Assembly: GCA_046563655.1 (NCBI GenBank)
Contig: CM102286.1
Coordinates: forward strand, 3,162,001 to 3,226,000
DNA: 64,000 bases
Source: Yuukianura sp. NJ FZ-2021
Lineage: Eukaryota
Direction of reading: 5' to 3'
The notes below the pieces were generated by a model. That model was not told the origin of the DNA. It worked only from the letters and a program-made list of their open reading frames with translations, and ran no database searches. The position numbers were made by a program, and so were the translations under genes. Of this stretch, positions 27,677-39,469 are shown piece after piece. Each line of letters starts with the position of its first letter. Positions within the stretch are counted from its first letter, which is position 1.

Positions 27677-29643
27677 ATGTCAGACAGTAAATTGAACGTA
27701 AGCATTATCCGACTGTGATTTTGTATATCGGATTTCGACTAATTAATATTCAATTAATTTAAATCTGCTCTTTTTATGTTTAGTTTTCGTCTGTAACGTT
27801 GAAAGATGCCGCTGATTCGCCGTCACCAACCTATGTCGGATTTGCTAACTTGCCAAATCAAGTTCATCGCAAGTCAGTGAAGAAGGGATTTGAATTTACA
27901 CTGATGGTTGTTGGTATGTTCGACAGTTCTAATAAGTTTAACTTCTTCATGGAGTAAGTGTGGTTCGTTTAATCAAGTGTGAACTTCTGATTCTACAGGG
28001 GATTCCGGGCTTGGAAAGTCAACTCTTATCAATAGTCTATTTCTGTCTGATCTCTACGCTGATAGAAAGATTCCAGATGCCAAAGGTAACCAGCAGAACT
28101 GGATTGGTAATGGAGGGGAGAAATTCGGAAAACTGAGGTCAAAGGACACTGACCTCACTACGCAGCAGTTGTTAGGTGAAGCGATTGGTCGATCTTAAAC
28201 GATGTGTCAGTTTTCCAGAGTTGTTTTAACTTCTTTTTCGGTTGATCGATGCATGTTTTTTTCGGTTTCAATCCTCAGTAGTATCTTGAGTTTCTTTTAT
28301 CTGGGCACAGCTTACTTTGGTACTCATCTTGGTTTCCGAATTTACTCTTGGTCTTCAGTTTATTTTATTTTCATTATTTTCTCATTTGTGACTGAAGTTT
28401 ATTTCAATGCCTAATTTTTTTAATTCTGAAAACAGACAGGTTTAAAAAGAATGTGGAGATTAGTGCCAAAACTGTGGAGATTGAAGAACGCGGAGTCAAG
28501 CTGAGATTAACGGTTGTGGATACGCCAGGATTTGGAGATGCAATCGACAACACTGATAGGTAAATCCTCATTAAGCACTTGCACGCAACCATCATAAATA
28601 CAAGGGTGGATATGGCTTAATTCTGTACTCTGTATATTTATAGCTTCACTTCCATCATCAAGTACATCGATGACCAATTCGAAAAGTTCTTTCACGGAGA
28701 ACGTGGATTGAACAGACGTAACATCACTGATAACCGGGTTCATTGCTGTTTTTACTTTATTTCTCCGTGGGGCCACGGGTAATGATAAGGATATAAATGT
28801 CTGGATGATGTATAGGTTGTCTCATTTTTAATTCCATTAATCGATGATATGGTTTGATTTACAGACTTAAGCCATTTGACGTCGAGTTTATGAAGCAACT
28901 GCACCATAAGGTCAACATTGTTCCTATTATTGCCAAAGCTGATGTTCTTACCAAGACGGAATTGGTTCAACTTAAGAAAAAGGTGGAATACATACTGCTA
29001 CCTTACTGCATAATGAACTCTCCTCTACGTCATGAATGTTTTCATCAATTTTGTTGCTGTTTTAGATTCTAGATGAAATTAAGCAGAACGGAATCAAAAT
29101 TTATACACTGCCCGAAGTAGATGAAGATGAGGATGAGTCTTATAAAGAAGAGGTAATGTAATTAGGATATGTCGTATGCTGAATTGCGAATCACTAATTG
29201 TGATTTCTCGCAAAATTAAGACATTGATAATTAATTAGGTTCGTCAACTGAAAGCTGCCATGCCCTTCGCAGTCAGCGGATCAACAACATTCATTGAGGC
29301 CAAGGGTCAGAAAGTTCGTGGTCGAGTGTATCCCTGGGGAGTCATAGAGATAGAAAATCCGGAGCACTCCGATTTCATCAAATTGCGAACCATGCTCATC
29401 GCTCACATGCAAGATCTGCAGGAAGTGACTCAAGAAGTTCACTACGAGAATTATCGGCTCCAAAAGTTAGCGTCTGAAGCCAAAGCTGGAGCTAAGGCAG
29501 AGCTTCTTCTGGATGCAACTTCAGTACGTTCAGTTGACGAGGACGACATGAAAAGAATTCTACAGGAAAAAGAAGCCGAACTTCGGAAAATGCAACAACT
29601 CATGGCACAAATGCAAGCAGAAATTCACACTCAGCGGAAGTAA
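27677..29643 (+). CDS. Sep1: Septin, SEPT2 group (Drosophila Sep1-like)
   Basis: Exons 27677-27697, 27784-27913, 27999-28085, 28436-28559, 28644-28778, 28865-28982, 29066-29152, 29239-29643. Motifs [29 protein letters not shown]-loop [24 protein letters not shown], and a C-terminal coiled coil. Confidence 0.93.
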
Positions 29644-30298
29644 TTCAAAACGAGAACTGCACGCCATCATTGTCTTCATCTGTATGTGTTTGCGCATGTC
29701 AAATCCGACTTCTCAAAGACTGTCAATTTGTAACTTCACTCGTGTGGTTGTTGTACTTGTGTGCCTTCTTGATCTGCTTACACTCCAGAATCCAGACCGT
29801 AAAAATGCTAGTTTTGTCTTACCGTTTTGAATTGACTTTCTTACGCTTTATACTTTATACTGCTTTCTAAATACTAAAATTGATTAAATATGTTTGTATC
29901 ATAAACTTTTAGGCAATTCCATTCAACGCCAGAGCATGTCTTTAGCACGAAAACAATAAGTGCGAATTCAGCAAGTTGGCAACAGTGAAACTGAACCACT
30001 TTGGGGTAAGGTGTATAAGGTTTCAATGGGAAATTGCCAATGACAATTTACTAGTTTCAGTGTTGCCAACTTGTATTCTTCGCAAAAAATTCGCATGTTT
30101 TGTTTTCGCAATATTGACCTGGTACCTTCAAAATTCCACGTCGAAATTTTCCATAGACCGAGACTAACTAAATTGTCTTTATTCATAAAATATTTTGAAC
30201 ATTTTCAGCCCAAGCTGCTTTTCTAAATCTACTGATGAGTATACCTTGTCAAAAAACAAAATTTACAGATAGATTTTTTAGAAAATTCAAACTAAATT

Positions 30299-33200
30299 CT
30301 ATGCTTTGTCGTCGTTTTCTTTCGGCTCTTCATTGTGTTCTGCCTCCTCAGTGGGTTGATCTTTGTCTTCTGGTTTCCCCAGTTGTTCAATCGTTTCCAA
30401 AATGAGGGCCAAGTAAAAGTTAACGAAGCAGAACACAGTAATGGCCAAGAATCCAATGACGTAAAACCCTGCAAGAACCGGATATCCGCAAGGTGGGCCC
30501 TCACCAGTTTCACCCTCCTTGACACAGTTCTCTACGTTCGAAATTCTGTAGTAGACGCCTTCCATTCCAGAAATAGTTGCCACTTCGAGCAGAGTTGTAG
30601 TTGAATTCCAAGAAGCAAAGGTTTCCGTTAAGGCTCCAAATGTAGTTGCTCCGAACCATGAAAACGAGGCGTACAGAAGACCGTAGAATACCGTGATACA
30701 AGACAGTACCGGGAAACACTTGCATAGAGCTCGTCGGAAACTGCCGAACTCCGGTATTTTGTAGCTGCCGATTCCATCTAGGGCGAGTAGATGAAACAAA
30801 CGGAATGCTCTTGGAATGCCAGCTGAAATGGCAAACGCTGCTACCTCGATCATAATGGCTTCTATGGGTGACATATCAATAAATAAAGTATATTATTTCA
30901 TATATTATATACATTTTTTGAAACCTATATTTTTAATATTTTACCTGTGATTGACAGAAGGATGACCACAATCAGCAGGTAGTTTAGCCAATGTTTGAAA
31001 AGGTCTAGCTTGAACGTTACAGCTCGCAGGACAAGCTCGACAATGTACAAGAGCAGTATTACGTGGTGGAGCCAAGTGAAAACTGTCTCTGTAGTCTAGA
31101 AGTAAGAAGTCGACTTTTGTAAGTTAATAATTATCATTACTAATTATAAATAAATTCGTTAAAATAATGTAATAATTATCGTTTTGCTGAAATTATAGAT
31201 TTTGGACTTACCTCACTTATTTCGCCAAATTCGATCGCATACAGGATGGAATCGACCAAAATAGTAAAACAGACCCACAGTTCAAAGTATGGAGTGTCGA
31301 CGTATTTGCCCAGAAATCCACCAGAAGCTTTGCGTTGTTCGGCTGGCTTTGATTTACATGGCCAACCTTGTTCGAAAATTTGAATCCACTGTAATTTAAA
31401 AAAACCACTTTACTTTACTGTTTACTTTTTAGCAATTTTGTTTTAAATTTTTTTTCAAAGTTCTTACGCTCTCTCGCTTGAAGTCGTGAAACAAAATGCC
31501 AACCATGGATGCCAACGGAAATAGGACGCCATAAATCAAGAAAACGATGAAGTAGATCATAGACAGCGGTCGCGAGTCTAACTTAGGCGAGGAATCAATC
31601 TAAACCAGCACATGATTAAATGTTACGTTAACTTTTTTTAAAAATTGGGCGGAGTTTATGTAGACATTTTTAAGTTTATTTAAAAGCAAGCCGTTTACCC
31701 CGGTTCTGTCTTCGGCTTCAATGATTGGATGAATCCATCCGTTTTTGGCAGCCGTTAGATACAACGTCCACATGCCGTCGCGTACTGTGTTGAAATTTTC
31801 TGGACCAGTGGCCCAGGACATATTATTTTGAATGCATTCCTTTTTAGTTGGTACAACATTGTGGTACATGACGTTTCCATCTCCATCTATACACTAGAAT
31901 AGCAACATTTGTAAAAATTTTGGCAAACCTACACAGCTCGGCGGAAATTTTCAGTAAGCGCTAGATTTACCTAATGCAATTAACTTAACTGTTGTGTTAA
32001 TACTTATGTTTACTATGTACCTTGAAGAATTGGCCTCCGAACAATGTCATCCCCAACAGCGCAAAAACGAACCAGACGAAAAGTGTAGCTGCAAAATACT
32101 GCCAAAGCATGCGCATTTGCTTCCAGAGTTGATTTCGAACAAGTCGCAATCCAGTAATTCTGCACACAATCATCAGGAGTCTTAATGTTCCAAAGTTCCA
32201 AACTCCATACTTCGTCTCCAGCGTCAACGCTAACACTCCGTTGATAACTTGGAGCGCATCAAAAAGAAGTCCAAGACTTAGAATTCGTCGACCAAAGCCA
32301 AGAAGTGCCGCTCGACCAATAACTTCTATGCCAAAGTAACACACAAACGTGATTTCAGCTGCCAGTGGTTCATATGCTGCCAGTACCGACAAAGCCACAA
32401 TCAGGGAGCATACGAAGATCTTATAACCAAAATGAGCCATGATCTTTTCTGGAAGGATAGGTTCAGGGTCTGCTTCAGGATCAACTTTTTTCGGTTTCGG
32501 TGGAACAATAGTTGCTTCATCTTCTTTTCCATTTGCAACTTTGTCACCATCTCCTTCGTTTTCAGTTTCTTTGGCGGGAGAATTCAGTTCATGTTTTTCA
32601 TCATCGTCTTCGTCATCCGATTCTACCAGCTCTTCTCCCGTAATCTTGGCTTCAACGCGCCGACATAAAAGTTCAACTGGCCAGAAGATTCGCTCGAGAG
32701 AAGTTCGTTTGGTATCGGATTCGGTACGGGTAGTAAGAAGATTGTAGGCGGTGAGGACAATGCAGAGACCAAGGCAAGTGACCAAGAAGTTTCCGATGAT
32801 ACCCGAAGTTGCCATGAATAGGATTGAGGTGAAACCGGGACTTACTAGAAGCAGATCCCACAGAGTTTCGATCCATTCGCCACAAAATGCACGAAGTTGA
32901 AGTCGATAGGAATGCCAGAAGTCTACCATGTTCCATCTTGGAATTTCAGAATGCGGAAATGCAGCTGCATTTGCTAAAATTGGCAAAAAGAAAAAGTTTG
33001 TGGAAATTGTCTAAACTTTTACTACATTTTCGAACTTACTTTTGTAGCTTTCCCCAAAACTGATATAACCAATGTACGCAAACAGAAAGAGAAAAATTGC
33101 AGCGATTCCGAATGTCCAACGAGTCCAAATGCCTGTGCCCATGACGTCAAAGAGGAAGTTCAACTTTGGCCACCGTGGTACAATCTTTAAAACTGTGATC

Positions 33201-36006
33201 TACGTAAAAATAAAAACTCCGGGATCACATAGTATAATCCTTTGCTCTTTTCAAAAATGGTGAAACGTTTTTAAATTTCAAAAAACTTAGAAATTAGATT
33301 TGGTTAATCATGTATTAGAAGTTTTACGGTATTCTACTTACCACGATCACAGTACCGAAGTATCCACTTCCAAATATATAACGAAGACCAATGATGAATG
33401 CGACAACAAAATCAAACCGATTCCAGCAACAGTCCCAGTATGGTTTTCCAACGAACACAACTTTGAGAATACATTCCACAACGTACACAAAATGGATGAT
33501 CTAGAGCAAAACGGCGGCAGTTTTTAATTTTTTTTGTGAAACTTTTTAGGAGTGAACTGAAAAACGAAAAAAAACAATTCAAAATTTTGAACATTACCGC
33601 GTTTGCCCAGTTCAAAAATATCCCATGGACTGCGTCGTCTGGAATGTGATAAGCGTCCGTTGAAAACGTTATGATGTCCAGCAGTATGACAAACGTGATG
33701 AACAAATCAAAGTTTTTGTCTGTAACAAATTTTCGCCCTTCTTCTCTTATTTTGCCCCAACTGTTGGACGGAGTTACTTCAAAACGCCGTGACCAAACGT
33801 TTGATTTTTCGCAGCATTTTCTATCCAGTTCGCATTTCAAATTTGAAAAACCGCTCAAAAATTCGTATCCAAGGACAGAGTACACGAGAACTCCAGTTGA
33901 CATGGTCCCGACAAAGAAGACGAAGAAGGCATAGATGATATGGGCAGAGGAGTGAGTAACCCAAATCTAGAAAGTTCAAAATTTTCAAAATACTTTACAA
34001 ATTTCAAAATTCGGTCTTACCTTTTGATAAACATATTCTGTAAAATCTTGGAAAACGAGGTTCAACAGCGTTAGTTCAGCAAGACCCAAGTTGTCAAATC
34101 CTACGCTTCCGCCCATTGGATTTTCTCCGGCTTTGACACAAACGTGGTCCGGTGGACATGAAATGCTCCTATATAAGATTTTTCAAATTTCAAAAATGTT
34201 TTAAATTTTCACCTATTTTTTTTTTTTTTTTTACATTTTTTGAAATACCATGAGTAGTTGGAACAAGCCCGGTATTCCCCGTCAGGATTGGTCAAGAACA
34301 TGTCATCTGTAAAGTTGGCGCCACTTTCGAAAATTTGAGTTGCCGTTGTGTTCAAAACACATTTGTTTCTCAACGTTGTGTAATACAGGCCTGACGAAAC
34401 GATTCCCAACAGGAAAAAGATGACCAGGCCAAACAGAGTGGCATGCAAAAGACGCTGCCATGATTTTTTAAAAAGCAAGTCGTACCCGCCAAGCCAACCT
34501 AAAAAACAACCCGACCATGATCAGTTCAGAACTCAAAATTCAAAATCTACAGACAATAGTAGTAGTAAAGAACAAAAAAAACTTCTTTTTCTTGAAAATT
34601 TTAAAAATAAGTACTAAAATTCATAAAAACTTCATTAAAAGTGTAAAAATAATGCGTTTTTTGAAGTGTCGTGAGTAAACGTACTTGGAATTAATGGAAT
34701 CAGTTTCAATGCTCGAAAGGCATTCAGTGCCGCCAAGGTCCTGTTGGCTGGATACACAATACTTAAAATTCTGTAATAAAAAAAAGTAGTTTTCCATAAA
34801 AAAAAAAAGTCGTTTTCATAAAAACTAAAAAGAGGGTGTGAGTCCTACTTAAAATCTTAATTTATGCAACCATTGTGTTTACTTCAAACTATTGTTTTTC
34901 CTCACCCAGTGACAATGACGAACACGTCCAGCCAACTCCATGAAATTTGCAAAGTGGAAAACGGGTTCTTGGCCTTGAAAAGACCTCGCGCTAAGACTTT
35001 TAGTGTAAACTCCAAGATGTACAGAGACACGAAAGCCAAACTGTGTGGTAAACCAATCAAATTGTTTGTTAAGCTTATGAATTTTGGGTTAAGGTTAGGT
35101 TTTTATGACTTTTTAGAAGTTTGTTAGTGTAGTTGATTTATGCTTTTTGCAAATTGGAGTTAATCAGTTTAAGTGAAAGATGAAGTCATTGTCTTACTTG
35201 GATATTTTTATAGCCAAGCCATAGTTGAGTCCATCTTCAGATGCCGGTGGTGCTGGTGGAGCTGGAGCGCTGTCAATTGCTGTAGATGCTGCTGGAGCTG
35301 GTTTTGCAGGGTCAAATGGAATTGCTCCATAAATTACAAGGTTTAGCAAAATTGCGAGCACCATGAAATAGTTGAAGACGCCGTGCGTGAGAATTGAAAT
35401 TGCTTGATTCCGCCAGCCACCGTTGGCCTTGACATAGGCAGCAGCATCTCCAAATCGGTACAAAATCCGACTTCCTCGACCAATCACGACAAAAGTCTAA
35501 ATTCAAAATTTTGAACATTCAAAATTCAAAACATTTCAGTTTGACGAAAAGTTTGCCAGTAGCATTTGAAACAACAAAAAATGTCGAAAAGAAGCAGTTT
35601 TGCACGTATTTAGTTAAAAGTTTGAATGAAATCGAAAAAATTGAACCGAAATAGAAAATATCAAAAATTGGTTTTTAGAATGCTCTAGGAATATTTTCTT
35701 TTCTTTTTTGAAATGCTATTGATGTAAAAAGTTTACGTCTTTTTTCTGGTACTCTGAACTGATTTCTCGAAGTGGAATGCCCGTCAAATTGTCTCGAATT
35801 TTCCCGCGTACTGGAATTGGCAAAAGATGGCCATTGAGCACAGTGGGTGTCGTCGGTTGTTGACCTTTGGCTTTATTTCGTCCCCCTTCCAATCCAATTT
35901 CTTCTTCAATTTCTTTAATGTCTTCCAAAATTTCTTGGTGAATTGGATCCAACAAAAGAGACACAAAATTTAAATTGCTATAATCTGGCGCCGACGACGA
36001 CGCCAT
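30299..36006 (-). CDS. Divergent four-domain voltage-gated sodium channel family alpha subunit (~1348 aa, DENS filter, degenerate S4s)
   Basis: 15 GT-AG exons, all phase-consistent: 36006-35737, 35496-35198, 35040-34906, 34770-34685, 34498-34249, 34168-34021, 33966-33598, 33500-33342, 33199-33040, 32973-32021, 31893-31699, 31599-31468, 31388-31212, 31095-30945, 30861-30299 (4047 nt). Nav hallmarks: TFVVIGRG..LYRF, LRNKC, CPPDHVCVKAGENP..GFDN, EIPRWNMVDFWHS..FCGEWIETLWD, LFGGQFFKC, VNFYLALILE. Confidence 0.9.
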
Positions 36007-37841
36007 TTCTTCTCTATTGTTCCAAAAACTTTCAAAAGAAGACTTTTAAGTGTCTAAAAATAGTCAGTGAAGCAACTGAATATAAAATCCGAGGATCAAA
36101 ACCTGTTTTTAAAGATGTCGAGAGTAAGCTAAACTTATGTCAAAGATGCTCTTATCACTCTCTGACGCTAGTAAACTACTAACTACTTTCTATTTTGTTC
36201 TTAGAAAACAAACTTCCCAATTAAATCCTTTTGTAAAAGAGATGATTCTGCTCCAACTGGAATCAACATGACGAATAAGCTAGTGGACAATGCTAAATTT
36301 ATGACAGGGGTTGATCTTCTCCCCTCTTCTTCGGCTTCCCCGTCAATTTCAACTGAATTATAGGAGAACAAGGATTTAATGCCTAAATAGTGTGTTACAT
36401 AATTGAATCCAAGAGCTTAGCTTGTTCCTCCTGCTTCAAAAACTTTACAAGCCGTTCCACTGCTCTGGTCTTGAACATCTTGTTGATTTGACCTCCAGGC
36501 TATTTTGTGCTAACTTGTTTGGCAGGGTAATGACATAAAATAACATTAGGCCGGGCCGGACCGGACGGCCCAAGGTCACTTTCCAAGTGTTCTGCGTGCG
36601 TGAACACCTCATTTTGTAATGCTTGGCTGCTCCCCTGCCCAGTTTTTCTGTTTTGTTCACTTTAAACAGGAAACTGAAAAATCAAGATCCATGACACGAT
36701 ATGACGTTTAGGAATTTCAAAAGGGAGCGTCCAAACTTCAGATTTTATTACTTTCAAAAGCCTGCTTCAAATTAAAAAAGAATCACATTTAAGTCATTTC
36801 AAAAGTTCTTTTTGAATATTTTGAAATTGAGAGTTTTTTGTGTGTGTTCAGCAGAGCATGTCATTCTAGAAATAGATAAATTAAATCCGGAGTTGAACGG
36901 GGTTACATTGGGGTTACGCTTTTGTTTACGAAAATGCTGACTCTTTTAGTCTAAACAGAGGTCAAATGTCAACATCAATGGAGCGCAGATTTGTGATGAC
37001 AAGATGACATAATCACTTTCTTTTCGGCAGCGGCGCCAGTATAGAAAACGCTGGCGTTGGACGCATTAAAGATAATCCAACTGACGCTAATTTACCATGC
37101 GTCATTTGTTTACCCTCGGACTACCGACGTTGTAAAAATATGAAGATAGATAAACGTGATGATGTATTGTTTTTGTACATTAAAACGATTTCCTTAAACT
37201 TTGTAAAAGGAAATGGGGGTGAAATTATCTCCATTTCCTGCGAGTCAAGTTCAATACTACAAAACATTTCTTGTTCAGGTCAGTTTTTAAACCAATACAA
37301 ATATGTAAGTAACGCCGTGTAAATTTGTACGAAATTGTAGAAATTTATTTAGTAGTTGGGCCGTGTAAGGCCGTATTCTCACAGCACCTTGGGTATAATT
37401 TTAGATAAAACTTAACTCGTGTCAAAAGCCAGGTCACCTGAAAAAATAATCAGACACGACCTGAATTATAGTTTCAAAAAGTATGCTGAAAGCGGATTTC
37501 TGCCTTGAAAACAATTGTTTTTTCAAGGAATTGAAGAAAATGAGGACGATTTGAAGAAATCTGGACTCCACTGCTATGCTGAAGCTGAACAAAATAATTT
37601 ATTTTGTTAAGCTCGCTGATTGAGTTAGCATTGTGCTTGACAGAGTAAACTAGAACGCATGTCAAATGTCATGTCAAGTAAAAGTAAGAATTCTGAAAAA
37701 TATCAGATTTTGGCCTTAATAATTTTCATATTTATATCAGTGGAAATCTAAAATATTTTCAGAACCGAAAGCAACTTACAACTTTTCTGAGCCTTATAGG
37801 CATCCTAATTTTTCAAAATACCTCTTTTTTTGCATCTTCAA

Positions 37842-38642
37842 ATGTCGAAATCGGTAATCGTCGTTGTAGCTTTCGTGCTGGTTCAACTCTTCCAAAAGGT
37901 AATTGAGTAAATCAAGATTAATCCTGTACAGTTATAAATGGTAGGAGACGGTTTACATTCAATAATAATTGTTTATTTTTTAATATAACAAAATAACATT
38001 TTCGAATATAATAACTGCAGAGCAGTGGAGCCGATTACGCAGCATGTAGTGCAGACAAGAGAAAGGAATTCGACAATGAAGATGACATTTGCGGATCCAT
38101 AACGAGATCAAACAAGCCACTTGACACAGACAACCCTATTTTTGTCGGTTGCCATAACTACACTGGCACCCAGTACTCCGTCCCTAGAATTTGTACAGTC
38201 AATTACGTAAATGTGGGTGACTCAAAAACTAATTTAAATACATAACTTTTCCATTGTAAAAATCAAATAAGTAATAATAATTTCTTTCTTTGCAGGACGC
38301 TGGTCTTTACGAAAACAGTAAATACAACGGCGGAAATACGCCTCCACCGAATCCAAATGCATCCAAATGCAAATCAGTTACGTCAAACAAGGACGATTGC
38401 TACAAATCTTGTGTTAACGGTTGGAAAAGCTACACGGTCTTCATCGCGACCTACAATATGTCCAAACATAAAGTATTCAAATGTAAACCGGACAAAACAA
38501 CTTACTGCACTTGCGTTACGGTATGGTTTTCGTATCAAAATATGCTACGTGCTCGAAGATAGATTTACAGTAACTATAAATATAATTAATTTTATAATTT
38601 ATAATTTCCATTCAGATTGCAAATCGAAAGGCCGGCAACTAA
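37842..38642 (+). CDS. Small secreted cysteine-rich protein (10 Cys), unknown family
   Basis: Signal peptide MSKSVIVVVAFVLVQLFQKSSG. Exons 37842-37898, 38021-~38206/38212, 38296-38520, 38616-38642; the unspliced last-exon alternative would stop at 38562. Confidence 0.7.
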
Positions 38643-39469
38643 ACCCAACGGCTGACATCTACTTGATTTCATGGATACGCCAAAACTCAAAAAAAAATAT
38701 CTTATTGAATTCGACGATGTAATTGGAAAATAAACTAAATTGCAGTGTGAAAAATGAAAATTCAGATTTACGAACAACAATTTACGGCAAATAAAAATTT
38801 TAATTCGGTCATATTATTTGAGTAGTTATTTATTTAACTTTCTGATCTTCGGGATACTACCGTTATGCTTTAGTTACTTATCCTCAATAATTCAGCTAAA
38901 TTCAGGGCGCTGATAATAATCCGCTTATACAAATTTCTCGTTAACACAAACATAAAATGTTGGCTGGCATACATGTATTAACATACAGATATAAGATGTA
39001 CGTGTGTATACATAGGTGCTGTATTCACGACACATATTTTTATAGTTATATTGGCATACAGTTACATAAACATAATTATAATTAATATAATAATTGCATA
39101 ACATAAATATACAAAGTACACGTAAACGTACAACGTTCAGCGTACAATGTGGAAATACTATGTGTAGTACATAAAATGTAGTTGGAAGTAGAAGCCCAGC
39201 ACTGCATATGAGGTCACATGAGAGTAAAACGGAAACTTTTAGAGCAACTCGGCAGAGGTGAAAAGTGATCAATAAATGAAAAGATAAAAATAAAGAGTTC
39301 GTTCACACCCCTTCCTGCTGATAGTGCACAAAACTACCGTATCATAACACAATTATGGATACATGGATTTGACACCTTTTCGTGCACCTACTCTGAGGTA
39401 AGTTAAGAGATGACACATGGTTAACGAATGATTCATTAAAGTCAACATTTCATTTTTCAGTGGCTCAAA

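Noticed and set aside
30299..36006. Channel as a pseudogene, a split two-gene (aphid-type) channel, or NALCN/Cav
   Set aside because: All 15 exons join in frame with no stops, DII-S6 and DIII-S1 lie in one continuous exon, and the N-terminus, DI turret and DII pore motifs are Nav-type rather than EEEE, EEKE or EKEE.
38925..39272. 115-aa minus-strand ORF
   Set aside because: Arises from ACAT/TACA-rich low-complexity sequence.
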